From: Octopus vulgaris
Lineage: Eukaryota
Assembly (NCBI GenBank): GCA_951406725.2
Contig: OX597832.1
Coordinates: 4,464,001 to 4,528,000, forward strand
DNA: 64,000 nt
Direction of reading: 5' to 3'
The translations under genes and the position numbers were made by a program. Under the pieces are notes generated by a model, which saw only the letters and a program-made list of their open reading frames with translations, ran no database searches and had not been told where the DNA came from. Positions within the stretch are counted from its first letter, which is position 1. Each line of letters starts with the position of its first letter. Positions 12,442 through 26,430 of this stretch are shown here, one piece after another.

Positions 12442-12657
12442 CCCTTTAGCATTCAGATTATTCTGTCAAATGTATTGCTTATTTATTCACGCCATTTCAA
12501 ATTAATCATGCATTATCACATAGCTTTGAAATTTCAATGGTTTGAGTGTTTATTTTTAGAATGACACTGTAGGGTAGTTGTGAGAGGCTGGATCTGGCCA
12601 GTTTGAACATAAAACAGAGTATTTAGGCTGGATATGGCCAGTTGAAATGAAAAAGGG
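12442..12657. mobile_element. piggyBac-type MITE copy
   Basis: CCCTTTAGCATTCAGATT ... AAAAGGG|TTAA. Confidence 0.75.
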
Positions 12658-12759
12658 TTAAATATATTTATATGCATATAGAAGTGTATGCAGGTATGTA
12701 CATGTCTGTGAATATGTGTTTGTGTGCAAGAGTGCATATATATATATACATTTAAATAT

Positions 12760-12970
12760 ATATGAGCATGTCTAGATAAGCAACTATATGCATGAGAATA
12801 TATACATAAAACAAAATATATAAATCTACACATATACATACATACAAATAAAAATACACTGTTGTTCATGCTGAAATTTCAATGAAGGAGCCTTGGATCT
12901 AAGTTAGAAACCGGCTCTTTCTCTATTGGCAAAAGATCTTGAAATAAAATTGAACAATGACACATACATA
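12760..12970 (+). repeat. dispersed repeat, possibly Penelope pseudo-LTR-derived
   Basis: Reverse-complement homolog at ~62600-62815. Confidence 0.65.
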
Positions 12971-13223
12971 CATACAGTACCCACATACATATATATATAT
13001 ACATATATACACACACACACAAACACATATGTATATATACAAATACATACATACATACAAACATATATATATATACATATACATACATACATATATACAT
13101 ACAAACATATATATATATACATACACACACATACATACACACACACACACATACACACACACACATACATATACACACACACATACATATACACACACAT
13201 ATACATATACACACACATATATA

Positions 13224-13278
<55 letters not shown>

Positions 13279-14690
13279 GTATATATATTTAAATAAAAAA
13301 AAGAACAAACACAAATGCGAGGACATGGTACATGTAAAGTATTAGCAGACACTCAAGGAAGGAAAGAAAGGTGGTTTTACGTTTTGAGCAAAGCTCTTCT
13401 TCAGAAACAGGAGACATAGGACACCAACAATCCACATATATATATACATACATATTCTTTATGTTGTATGTCTCGTTTCCCTGTTTTTTTATTGTTTGAA
13501 AAAAAGTTTGTTTCTATGTTTTTGATTTTATATTTTCGTTTCTCATTGTGTTCAATGTTTTTTTTTTTTGATGTCCTGTACCCATATATGCATGTATATA
13601 TACACATATATGTAGGTATATACATATATGTATGTTTATATGCATATATTTATATTATTATATGATTGAACGCCATGCATCCTTTTCCACGTAAGTTATA
13701 CATATACATATATACATAAAGATACATGCATACATATATACATATACATACATACATACATATATACAGATACATGCATACATATATACATATAAACATA
13801 TATATATACTTGGGGCTGGCCAGATTGGACCAATCTCGAGTATAACCAGCCGAAATTGCAAAGATAATCTGGAACTTGACTGAGGAAAGAAAACTCCAAA
13901 TGACCCATCCTTGTTTTCTTTGTATCGTCTATCTGGATGTTTTGTTGTCCCGTTTTTGTATCACCTATCTGGATGTTTTTTTTTCCCCATCCTTGTTTTT
14001 ATATGCATTCGCTGCTTTCTTCCAAGGAATCTAATGCTCTTAGCTTAGTTTTTCCTTGAGCCTGGCCAGATTGAAGCAATCTCGAGTATAACCAGCCAAA
14101 TATGCAAAGATAATCTGGAATTCGACTTAGGAAAGAAAACTCTGAATGACCCATCCTTGTTTTCACTGTATTGTCTGTCTGGATGTTTTGTTGTCCCGTT
14201 TGTAACACATAACTGTGGATGTTTTGTGTTCTTGTCCCATTTTTGTATTTGATATATATATATATATATATATACATACACACATACATATATATATACA
14301 CACATACATATATACATACATACATATACACATATATATATACATATATATATACACATATATATATACATATACACATATATACATATATACATACATA
14401 TACATTCACATATATAAACATATATATATATATATATATAAACAAATATATATATATACACATACATATATATACACATACATATATACATATACACAAA
14501 CATATACATTCACATATATAAACATATATATATATATATATATAAACAAATATATATATATACACATACATATATATACACATACATATATACATATACA
14601 CAAACATATATATATATATATGTATATATACACACAGACATATATATATATATATATATATACATATATAAATACACACACACACATTTT
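12960..14690. repeat. compound (TA)/(CA)/(TACA) microsatellite field with embedded dispersed repeats
   Basis: Directly visible; includes a duplicated unit at ~13810-13990 and ~14057-14250. Confidence 0.9.
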
Positions 14691-15522
14691 TTAATACAAA
14701 ACTTTAAAGTTTTGTACTAATTTCCATTTTCTGCTTATTTGATATATATATACATTATTGTGAGATTAGGAAATCAGAGTATTTCCAATACAGCACTCAA
14801 CCTAAACTTACGGTTACATATATTCTCTTTTATTATGTTAATAATACAGATCTTTCTTATTTGGATTATACTGATATATTTATATACAACATATACACAC
14901 ATATAATCATCTTCATACATTTTTATGCCTGTTATTCCTTGCTAGCAGGGGCTTGAGCAAAACATTGTTAAAGCATTGTTTTATAGCCAGCCTTTGCTAC
15001 TGTTAATCCTTACCCGTTTTTCAAGTGAATTTATGTATATAAATAAATAAATACACACACACACACACACGTACATTTAGACACACATAGATACACATGT
15101 ATGTCAGCCTACATACAAACAAATACATTCTGAACAAAGAAACAATAGTAAATACTTTGTGACACACCCACAAACACAAACACACACACTTATCTTCTAC
15201 ACATATTAATCATCGCTATGAAGCAAACGAGTGACGCAGATTTATTTTCCTCCAATATTTAAAATCCTGAAATAAAATTAGTAATGTATCCACCCACACC
15301 ACTGTGAAAAATCAGAATTTTCCACTACATTCATAGGTCATTAAGTGCAATAAAACCTTTTGTTTATGTCATAGCTGTAATCAGCTGGGAGTTCAAATTT
15401 GAGTGGACTGTCATGTGTTGACATCATATACTTGAAGTATTGAATCCTGTAACAGATGTTTGCCACATGCATAACAAATATTTGCATACATTTTACAATT
15501 TTATCAATTTTTACATTAAACT

Positions 15523-15595
<73 letters not shown>

Positions 15596-15643
15596 ATCAG
15601 TTTAATGTAAAAATTGATAAAATTGTAAAATATTTATATACAC

Positions 15644-15674
<31 letters not shown>

Positions 15675-15754
15675 CATATATATATACACACATATATATA
15701 TATAATGTGTGTATATGTATATATGTGCATGTGCATGAATGTATATATATATAT

Positions 15755-15814
<60 letters not shown>

Positions 15815-16238
15815 TATATATACATACACATATTCACATAGTGAAGGATTTTCAATCTGAGCAAAATACTTCCTCTCTGTTAGCATATCAGGCTAGCAGC
15901 ATTGTTTTACATTAGTCAAGAACTCTAAGCATTCTTATGGCAGGGTTCAAGGTTCTGGTTCATCCCAATTCTATATTTTAAATCCGTGGCTGGGCTCCAG
16001 TCAAACTGGTTTTACACAGAGTGTTATATAAGACAAGTTATAATGTCCATTACATATTTTTCCATTATTAGAATAAATTTCCAGTAGTCATTAAAGGTTT
16101 TCCTCAACTTATCAATAAACCAACTGAGTAAACCTTTTGGTAACGTATCTATAATGACTACTTGAAACACCTGTAAGCCAAATTTACTCTAACAAAGGAA
16201 AAGTTTGTTATGACATGTATTTATACATTGTCATACAT

Positions 16239-16273
<35 letters not shown>

Positions 16274-17872
16274 CTACGGAAGGTTTATATATATATATAT
16301 ACTACGGAAGGTTTACGAAAATAAACAAAAGACGAATGTATTAGTGTGGCACTCAGGAATAGAAATAAAACAAGTCTTTTACGTTTCAAGCCTACGCTCT
16401 TCGACAGAAAGATACACAGAAAAGAAACAAGGAGAGAAAAAAAAATTACGTGTGGGGGCTAATGATCCAACCACACTCTGAGCAGATTTCTGCTAGCCAC
16501 TTGATAATATTTTCACATTTGATTCTCAATTCTAATAACTTTCATGATATTTTACATCTAATTACTTTTTTGTATAGTAGTGTTCATTTGCTTAGTAAAT
16601 ATTGCTTTCATTATTTTATCAGTCAAAATTCTCTCTTTTTTTTAAACAAACATAAAGGTAGTCCAACTATGTTTAGTGTACAAAAAATATCAGCAATCAT
16701 ACAGATATTTTAATACCTATAGCATATCAAATAGCCATAGCAGCAAATTCACTTGAAAATTCTTAGATAACAATGGAAAAGAAATAAGTCACAAGAGTTT
16801 AAAGCTTCAGTAAGTTTTAATAAGTTGTCCAATATAATTTTTTTCCAGTATGTACAAACAATAAACTGAGGGAATTTACACAGCAAAATTTAAGTCAACA
16901 AAATACTTGATTTCTTCATGTGAAATAATGAAATAAAACTTGAAATGAAAATACTGAAATGAATATATATTAAACTATCATTAATGAAAATAGAGGCAAG
17001 AGATAGTGAGAGACTGTTGCATATGAATAATATAGTTTATTAAACATTAAAATCTACTCTGCAGTGAATGCAACAAATATTTAAATTTGTGAAAAACTTG
17101 TAGTTCAAATATTCAATAAACTTCAGAATGCCTATAATAATTGCTTTCTTTTAGTAACTGTTACATACCTAATTAATAAGCAGCTTTCTCCATTATAATA
17201 TGCAGACATACACACATACACATCTATATAGACACACAAATCCTCAAATATAGATATATACAAATTTATATAGGAAGATATACATACACACACACACAAA
17301 CATACAATTGTATGTGTGAGTGTAATCACTCTTTAAAGAGGCAGGCAAATGAGTATATGAGAGATTGTGAAACCCCTTTAGTCATGTCAAAAACATGGCT
17401 ACCTCAAGTGCAACTGTGAAGAAAAAGACACTTAATATGTTCTGTAGAGTGGCTGGTATTAAGAAGGGCATCTCGACATAGAAACTAAGCCAAAATTGAA
17501 ATGTGAGTGAAATGAAGTCCCCTAGCCCTGTAGGTGAACAGCACTTCTGAACATGTGTTCACTCCAACCATAACAACCTACAAAACTCATGCTAACACTG
17601 AAAGGGAACAGGGTGATGATGATGTGAGTGTGTTACTGTCTTCTTGCTGTGACAATGCCTGACGCTTGTAAATGAGCATCACCAGCAAACAAGTAGTGCC
17701 CTTCATTTCCAAACTTCTGGGAAAATATGTTTCGCCATTTTGAAATAAACATGTAAAAGTTGATGACAGGAAGAGCATCTCTTTAAAAGAATTCCATCCA
17801 ACTCATGCAAGCATGGAAAAGTGAATGTAAAAGTAATGAAGATAATGATGTTAACATATATGTGTGTGTGTA

Positions 17873-18235
17873 TTCTTTTACTTGTTTCAGTCATTTGACC
17901 ATGGCCATGCTGGAGGGTTTTAGTCAAAGAAATCCACCCCAGGATTTATTTTTTTAAAGCTTAGTACTTATTCTATCAGTCTCTTTTGCCGAACCACTAG
18001 GGGATATAAACACATCAACACCGGTTGTCTAGAGGTCAGACACAAAGACACATATAGATATATACATATATATATATATATGATGAGCTTCTTTCAGTTT
18101 TTGTCTACCAAATCCACTCAAGGCTTTGTTCAGCCCAATGCTATGGTAGAAGACACTTGCCCAAGGTGCCGTGCAGTGGGACTAAACCCAAAATAATGTA
18201 GGTTGGGACACAAACTTCTTACCACACTTGTGCCT
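17873..18235 (-). mobile_element. SINE family A
   Basis: Full reverse-complement copy. Confidence 0.85.
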
Positions 18236-18647
18236 ATATATAAATATATATAATAATAATATAGGGAGTATATCCAAACTTACAGGGAAAAATTAGATTT
18301 AAGATGAAATCAAATTTCACAGTATAAATATAAATTAAATTATATGTTGTGTTTGTTTACATTGTTGTCTTGTATATTCATTAGCTATTCCCAGTGGCTT
18401 TTCAGCGTTGGCGCACCAACAGTGAATAGTATCAACGTTAAAGGTACAAAATTGTAAGGATCTTCTGGACGTTGACTAATGAGGAATTAGCTACAAACTT
18501 TTTATTTGTTGTTTAAATTTTTGAAATATATATATATATATATATATATAAATAATAATAATAATAATAGTAGGGAATATAATTCCAAAACTTACAGGGA
18601 AAAATTCAATTTAATAAATTTAAATCAAATTTCACAATATATAATAT

Positions 18648-18889
18648 ATGTATATATTTTAAAGAAAAACCTCTATTAAACAATTCAATAAAGAAAGATG
18701 TTATTCACACCATATAGAAAACATATACTATAAAAACCTTATTCTAAAAATCAATAAAGTACAATAAATAGTTGTACTTTATTGATTTTTAGAATAAGGT
18801 TTTTATAGTATATGTTTTCTATATAGTGTGAATAAACATCTTCCTTTATTGAATTGTTTAATAGAAATTTTTCTCTAAATTATATACAT
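18648..18889. repeat. long inverted repeat (~117-bp arms, 7-nt loop)
   Basis: ...AATCAATAAAGTACAA-TAAATAG-TTGTACTTTATTGATT... Confidence 0.9.
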
Positions 18890-19129
18890 ACACACAGAGA
18901 TTTTTGTTTCTTTTCTTTTCTGGTACTTGGCCAGATATTTCGAGGATCTGAGAGAAATAGTAAATTGTTGAGCAAAAATAACTAGACATGAGCAATAGCC
19001 CTTTACTTGCAGACAAATGTTCACCCAACTTTTGAATCAGATACTGAAAGTTGTCCCCCAGCTATTCATTTACTTTCCCTATGAAAGCCAAAACTTTAGA
19101 ATAACCACCATCAATTTAAGCACAATGAA

Positions 19130-20065
19130 AGATAGATCTAATGAGATTTTTGAAAAGCTAAAATGAGTGGGGTGGGTGGGATGCATGTTGCATGTCAGAA
19201 GTAAGAGATGGGGAAACTTCAGCCAAACTTCTCATGGGCAAAGAACAAAGGTATAAATTCTTCTTGGTAGGCAATAGCAATGGTGTGGGTGGTGTGAGCA
19301 TACCTTTAGCAAAAGAAATGGATAAATAAAGTTGTTGAAGTAGCCATAGTGTGTGATAGGATAATTAAGTTTAGAGTAGTCTTGGAAAGCATGGCAGCAG
19401 CATATACCTCTGCATATGCTCCTTAAATGGGACAGGCAGATGAACAAATGACTGTTTTTATGAATCCCTTTTGTAGGTTATTTCAATGACAAATGACAAG
19501 GATCTTATCTTCATAGTTGGTGACTTCAGACAAATTGGACAATGTTCTGATAGATTCCACAATGTACACAGAGGCTATGACTTAGGTTTTCAAAATGAGG
19601 GGAAAAACAAGGCTTTTGGAGTTTTGTGCACATAACCTGATGATCTACAACACTTACTTCTGGAAATCAGCCAGCCATTTGATCACCAATCAATCTGGTG
19701 AACACTGAGATACAGAAACTTAAAAATCCATTGACCAGTCAGAAATTTAGAAGTACCAGTAGAAGCATTTGATGATAAGGAGGGGAAATAGATGCATAAC
19801 ATAGATGAGAATCGTAAATTCTTATGGGACTACAGACCAAGTCTGTGGCTGGTATGAAGTTCCAGCCAGATTGAAGGTTACAAGGTGATGAAACAGTCAA
19901 ATAGACAAGAGTTGTAAATTCAAAAAGACAGGCTTAGAAAGACGGGAAGAATGGATGCAGCAGAGCATTATACCAGGTAGTTAGAAGACAAGCAAGCAAC
20001 AGATTTATTTAGCAAATGGAGAAGCAGAAAATAAAAAGCTTGCCAATATTCTACAGCATAAGGTG
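19130..20065 (+). mobile_element. decayed RTE-clade LINE, AP-endonuclease region
   Basis: Degenerate translation ...LMGKEQRYKFFLVGNSNGVGGVSI...VCDRIIKFRVVL; the end (GEAENKKLANILQHK) matches GEADKKKFANVLHRE of the 49523-52583 element. Confidence 0.75.
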
Positions 20066-20859
20066 AATTCTATTTCCTTACAACTTTCTGCAATTCTATT
20101 TCCCTCTAACTTTCTGAAAAATGTATACGAAGTTTTGTAGAGAAACATTTTCAAGGGTGAAGATTACAAATGATGATGATGAAATTAAAGAATTATTTGG
20201 AGAAATTTAGAATCATTCTCCCCATCCTTCTTTCATAACTCTCTTTAAAATGCATATTTTTTAAATAAAACATCATTATGTTGATAAAATTAAAGGAAAT
20301 AAATTTAGAGGATGAGTTCTAGATCACTTTCCACACCACCCAATTGTATTACCAACAATTTCTCTAATTCTAGCAATTTTTAACAACATTTTATCAACAG
20401 AATGACAATCTGCACTCAGAGAAACATATTTCTGTGAAATTTCATTAAAAATATACAACTTAAAGAGTTATAAGGAAACAATGTTGAGAGCAGGAAAAGA
20501 TATGTATGTATAGGTGTGTATGTATAATGTATACATATCTGTGCGTGTGTATGCATATCTATATATTGTATAAGTACATATATATATATGTATAAATATG
20601 CATATGGATATATCTTTACTATGAAGGAGATAAATCCTGTGCCAAGGATTACCCAAGATGGCTGACACCTCATCCCAACTATAGAAACCTACCAGGAAGC
20701 CAGTCTGTCAGACATTGCCTTAAAGCTAACAACCACAACTTGTTTTTCTCTCAGTGTGTACTCCACTAACCTTTGTCTTCCTGGACTCACCCATAAACCA
20801 TCAGGGCAGTGGACAAATCACCCCCAACATGTCTAAGATGTCCTATTTACTCCACTCTT

Positions 20860-21420
20860 AGAACTATAGGGTCCATCACTCTGGAAGTGGCCTTACAGTT
20901 GGATCATTCACCATCTTGAGTATTTCACCAAATATTTTTGACATGGTGGCTTCCTATTACGATACTGCTTTTACAAAGAGTGGTTTCAAAGATAAAACTA
21001 CTCACACATCCCCGTCTTGGGTATACTACACTTAGAACAGATCGCATAACCATAGTTGGTTCACACACCCCTTTGTTCTTAAATATAAAGAATAACACTG
21101 ACAAATATTTTCTACTGCTAATGGATCAACATTTCCTAATTCACCACCAATTCCAGAAAATCTTAACAAGAACTGCATAAAAGTTGTAGTAACAATACCA
21201 CATGTGGTAAGCAGAAAAACCAGTTTACTACTCAACCAATTATGTAATACTGAAGCAATAATAAATGAAGCTGAAGTTACCTCTGCCAAACATAGGAATG
21301 ACAAAGTGGAAAAATCAAATAACATTACAGTAATAATATTTCATCCTTCAGGAATGCTGAAAAGAACACCATTAACTTTGTTAAATTACATATGGTACTA
21401 TCTGTGAATTACCTAACTAC
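20860..21420 (+). mobile_element. decayed Penelope-like element (RT-to-GIY-YIG linker)
   Basis: NIFDMVASYYDTAFTKSGFKDK and PLFLNIKNNTDKYFLLLMDQHFLIHHQFQKIL resemble the Penelope WFNPPFS..VKTNIG..FL.L.DKHFP..H..HKIFN block. Confidence 0.65.
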
Positions 21421-21849
21421 AAGTTCTGAATCTTTCACTAACTGTCACCACTTTAACAAAATGAATACTTAAATACTGGAAATTCACACCACTATTGTAT
21501 TGGATAAAGTTTTAACAAACAGCTGCACTCTTTTTATTCAGGTAACCCTGATCATCCTCCTATCTTTTAAACTATTTTGTTTACCTTTAAACTTTTTGTA
21601 AGTACCTAAAATTTTACTAAAACAATCATAAATATAAACCCCTTACATTCTTTACATTGTGTTGAATGGCCAGATAAAGCTCAAGGGTCTGGCCTTCATA
21701 TGTGAAGAACAAAATATACCTTCCACTGACTGCACAAATCTAATTCTATAGCATGAAATTCTTGAGTAATTATGTTTAAATCAATACAAATCATCATCAT
21801 AATGATTATCATTTTACATCCACTTTCTTATTTAGAATTACTGCATTAA

Positions 21850-22068
21850 CCCTTTAGTATTTAAACCGGCCATATCCAGCCAAAATAGCTAACCTGTTTT
21901 ATGTTCAAACTGACCAGATCCAGGCTCTCACACCTACCCTACAATGTTATTCTACATTAAGTAATTACACCATCAAGATCTTGAAGATATGAGATAATGC
22001 ATGATTAATTCAAATCAATGGGAATCAATAGGCATTATGTTTGATTGAATAATCTGAACACTAAAGGG
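21850..22068. mobile_element. piggyBac-type MITE with intact ends
   Basis: TTAA|CCCTTTAGT ... ACTAAAGGG|TTAA, TTAA duplication on both sides. Confidence 0.85.
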
Positions 22069-23329
22069 TTAAATAAGTGTTTTCAGTTTAAGTTTAGCTT
22101 TTGCGACTAGATATCTTTCCTACCACCAATCACTTTACAGAGTGCACTAGCAGCTTCAGCACAAAAGAGGTTGTTATGTCTTCAACAAGACTAAATTGTC
22201 CCCTGCTCAATCACTGAACTGAGTGCATTTTATCATGGCACCAGCACTTCTAATAGATGCCATGGAATTATCAGGATGTCATATTAATTTGAAAAGGTGT
22301 GGAGATCCTATAGGATGATACCTTGTCAGTACATTTTCTTCATTCATTAAACCTACAGTCGTATCTTTTCCCAAAGCATGGAATATATAAATGTATCCTG
22401 ACTCTAGAAACATCTCTCAACTTTACTTCAGGATGACTTGAAACTGCATGAAACAACTAACAGTAAGAATGTAAACCTATTGGATTTCAATGTGGAAATA
22501 TTCCACAGACATTCGAATAAAATTTGGTGAATTCAAATATGCATTTACAGTGGTATAACAAGAAAAATTTGTACCTGCCAAGAAAATATACAAAATGAAT
22601 GGCCTATCAATACAGCAAGGTAAAAAATACAAATGGTTTCTACCAGATAAGAATGTTGAGTATGTTAGACCTATTAACAAGGGGAGGGCAAGAAATGAGT
22701 ACCTCAAGAGAGTAAAGAGAATATAGTAATCTACAACAAGCAATGTAGCTTACAGCAGCTTTGTTGAGCCTATCTTGACTTCTACTTTTGGTTTTTTTTT
22801 AAAATTGATTATTACATGAACATAATGAGATGGACATAGAGATTAGAAACTGCTCAGTCTAATAAGAAATATTAATAAAACAGGTAATACAGATAGACTA
22901 TATTTCCCTTGTAAGGAAAGCAGTTAAGGCCTTAAATCTATAAAAATGTTATGTGAGCAAGACTGTAATGCAGAAGCAACATCTCAGCAGCTACCTAGGT
23001 TAAGTTTACAAATTAAAAATGCAACTACCATTAGGATTAGGATAACTGATCCATTTTAGGTGAGGGGAATAAGGAACATAAGAAAAATTATATATGTGTG
23101 TGTATGTATGTGTGTATTAGCGACCAAAAGAGTGGCAAAATGTTGTCAAGCTTTTGTCACTGAAATCCAGTGACATACAGATATTTCCCGATTATTTCAT
23201 TTCTTGATCTATTTTGTATTTTATATAATCCTATGGTAATGGATGTGCATCAGCATTTACAGACTTGACCAGTGGCTGGCCTAAAAAGTCACACCCACAC
23301 ATCCCATACAAAGATGAAAGTAAATAAGA

Positions 23330-23631
23330 ACAGTCAAGCTGAATGTGAGACAGCTATCATCTGACAAGATGAGGCAACCATCATGTATGAACATATTTAG
23401 ACACACACACACACACACACTTGCAAATCATTTTAGCATACATGCCATAGACAAATATATTACTGAGGCAATAGTTTACAGTCAGAGGCTCATTCTGTCA
23501 CTTGCTCATACTTGATTTTCCAGTAAGGGATGTCTTACTTCATGTCATCAAATGTCAAAGCTGTTTGTGGAAAAGAGAAATGCCAACAACATCATCACTG
23601 TTTATAACTCACTTTTTGGAGAAGTTCAAAG

Positions 23632-23662
<31 letters not shown>

Positions 23663-23900
23663 TACTTAAAAAAAGACACATGCATACACAAACACTTGTG
23701 TGTGTGTGTCGATGGTAAATGGCTATAACAAAATGCTTGCCAACTCCAACCAAGACCATCACTAACCACCAGATGTAACCTCTGTGGACAATTGTTCCAT
23801 GCAAAAATCACTCTTTCCAGCCACCAGAAGCACCAACATAAATGATGAAGTACAAATGAAGAAAGAAATACTTGGAAATGAAGAGAAGCCACCAACATCC
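23330..23900 (+). mobile_element. highly decayed RTE (BovB-like) 3' end
   Basis: RCNLCGQLFHAKITLSSHQKHQHK resembles the C-terminal C2H2 motif of BovB-type RTE ORFs; LFGEV upstream. Confidence 0.4.
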
Positions 23901-24821
23901 CACCCTACCATGTGCAGTACAAGGGACTAATGTTGCTGAATACACTATACCGCAGTCTGCCACCAAAGTGATGACAGCATCTAGTTCAAGCATGTAGGTT
24001 TAAAAATAAATAAATAGCTGGAGTCGCATCCACAGCATTATCACAATACAACCTGAGTTGACCAATAAAGGCCTAACACTTAGAAAACGTCTTGAATCTG
24101 TCTTAAATCTCTCTCTCTTCTGATATTTGATAAAATGAATGTATCTTATGTACCCACAAAACTTTAAGCCATATGAAGCTGAGTCAAATACACACACACA
24201 ATCATCTATTGATGTTAAACTATTTGCTAGGTAATTCTCCTTTTTCTGTGTGTTATAGGTGCAGGTGTGGCAGTGGTCAGGAAGTTTGTTTCCCAACCAT
24301 GTTTTTTGGTTGTCTCAAGTTGCACCTTGGGCAAGTGTCTTCTACTAAACTGCTGGGTTGACCAAAGCCTTATGAGTGGATTTGATAGACAGGAATTGAA
24401 AGAAGCCTATTGTCATCCTCCTCCTCCTCATCATCATTTAATGTATGTGTGTATGTCACAGTGTCTCCTTGTCTTGACATTGTGTCACAATTGTAAATCA
24501 GCATCACTGTCATACCTGGAGTGGTTATTATTTCTAATATTTTGCATTAGGAAGGGAAAATATTACATTGTCTGTTAAATAGATGAAAGTTGGCAACAGG
24601 AAGGGCATGCAGCCATAGAAAATCTGCCTCAATAGACTCTATCCAGCCTATGCAAGTAAGGAAAAATCAGAGTTATAACAATGGTGATAATTTGGTTTTG
24701 TCAGTTTGTCAAAAACAAGCAAACTGAAACTTAGAAGTCACAGTCAACCTTTTGCTCGTAAACATTTAATCAAAATGTACACTGCTAAATAGTATTGAGT
24801 AATCTTTCAGTTTATTATTAA

Positions 24822-25045
24822 CCCCTCAGCATTTAGATTTTTATGTCAAATGAATTGCTTACTTATTCACATTGTTTTGAATTAATCACGGACGACCTTG
24901 TAGTTTCAAGATTTCAATGGTGTATTTGTATATTATTAAATGATATTGTAAGGTAAGTGTGAGAGGTTGGATCTAGTCAGTTTAAAGATAAAATGAGTAG
25001 AATATTTAGACTGGATATGGCTGGATTAAATACTAAATCGTTAAA
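24822..25045. mobile_element. piggyBac-type MITE copy, diverged
   Basis: TTAA|CCCCTCAGCATTTAGATT start; body homologous to the other copies. Confidence 0.65.
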
Positions 25046-25092
25046 TTATTTTTACACATAACTTGACATAAAAAACAAACAATATGTATACA

Positions 25093-25133
<41 letters not shown>

Positions 25134-25934
25134 ATTAAGATATAGATATGTATGTATGTGTGCATATATATATGTCAGATTTGTTGAGGTAGATTTGATG
25201 TGGCCAGATGTTTTTAGTGTTGCCAACTTGTACTAGTTTCCCATATTTCCTAATGACCGGACATGTTTTCTTGCAAGATTGGAAACAATCCATCAATTGA
25301 AAAATAATCACTATTGAGTTCTATTCTTGTTTGTCATACAAAACAAATTTATGTCTATGCTCATAAAGAAGCTGTTTACAGTAATATCACTTTGAAAATA
25401 TTGATTCTTGTCTGATCACTGATCTTAAGCAACATCAAGCTTAATTAGCACTTATATAGATGGCTGCTAAGTACCTACATACTTGAAAGTAAAATCTTCA
25501 GTCAGGTGTTGGCATGAGCGAGTGATTACAAAGTCCACTTCTAACCATATGGTTTTCAATTCAGTTCTACCATATGACATCTTGGCTAAGTTTTATTTAT
25601 CCCCATTTAAGTGTGGATGCTCTGTCAGAACAAACTATACTGCAGTGGATACCATGAGAGAAACTCATATTGGCTTTCAGTGCAAAATGCATGCTTATTT
25701 ATATCGCTAGAGAGGAGATGAATCCTTTCCACCTCCAGCACCAAGATCACCAGATCACATGACTTCAACCTTCCCAGGTCTTGTCAATGACGGACATTCG
25801 AGTGCTAGAGATAACAATTCATCTCCCTGCCAGCAATATATAAAATAAGGGGTAAGTATTTTGTATTACTGATCCAGGGTTAACTGAGCATGTAAGTGAA
25901 CTTAGTAGATAGAAACTGAAAGAAGCCAGTAGTA

Positions 25935-26430
25935 TACCCAATGACTGGCAATGTATCATTGTAAACTGCTATAATGGCAAAGGAGACACCTTGCAAAGCA
26001 TGCACAATAGAGGAATCAAACAACTGGATCACACTATGAAGGCCATAGAGAGAGTCAAAGCACAACTGATCTATGACAGAGCAGACCTAGATGAGATGCA
26101 GTTTGGCTTCATGGCCAGAAGAGGTGCTACAGATGCAATCTTCCAAGAGAGGCAACCGCAGGAGAAATACTTGGTTAAGAATAAACCACTATTCCTGGTT
26201 TTAGCTGATTTGGAGAAGGTATCTGACATGGTACCACATAGGGTAATTTGGTGGTAGGAGTTTAACGAGGTTCAGACCTCAGTCCTCTCCTTAAGAGTTT
26301 AAGACAAGATACCCATGGGTACACTAGGATGCTGATGATTTAATTCCCATAGCTAAATCTATAGAGAAATTAGAAAGGAAATTCCAGGTTTGGAAGCTAA
26401 ACTTCGAATCAACAGGTCTTTATAAGATGA
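25935..26430 (+). mobile_element. decayed RTE RT fragment (same family as 49523-52583)
   Basis: GIKQLDHTMKAIERVKAQLI...LDEMQFGFM..GATDAIF...EKYLVKNKPLFL...PHRVIWW. Confidence 0.85.

Noticed and set aside
13810-14130. Duplicated unit with CCAGCCGAAATTGC resembling a hammerhead 3' half
   Set aside because: No CUGANGA-like core at the required position; kept only as a repeat.
12534-15886. Many overlapping 70-230 aa ORFs rich in Y, I, C, V, H, T
   Set aside because: Translations of (TA)/(CA)/(TG) microsatellites. The same applies to similar ORFs at ~43, 47, 52.6, 55.2, 58.5-59.5 and 61 kb.
22430-22750. Unique sequence after an acceptor-like TTTACTTCAG
   Set aside because: All three plus-strand frames hit stops and no homology is recognisable.
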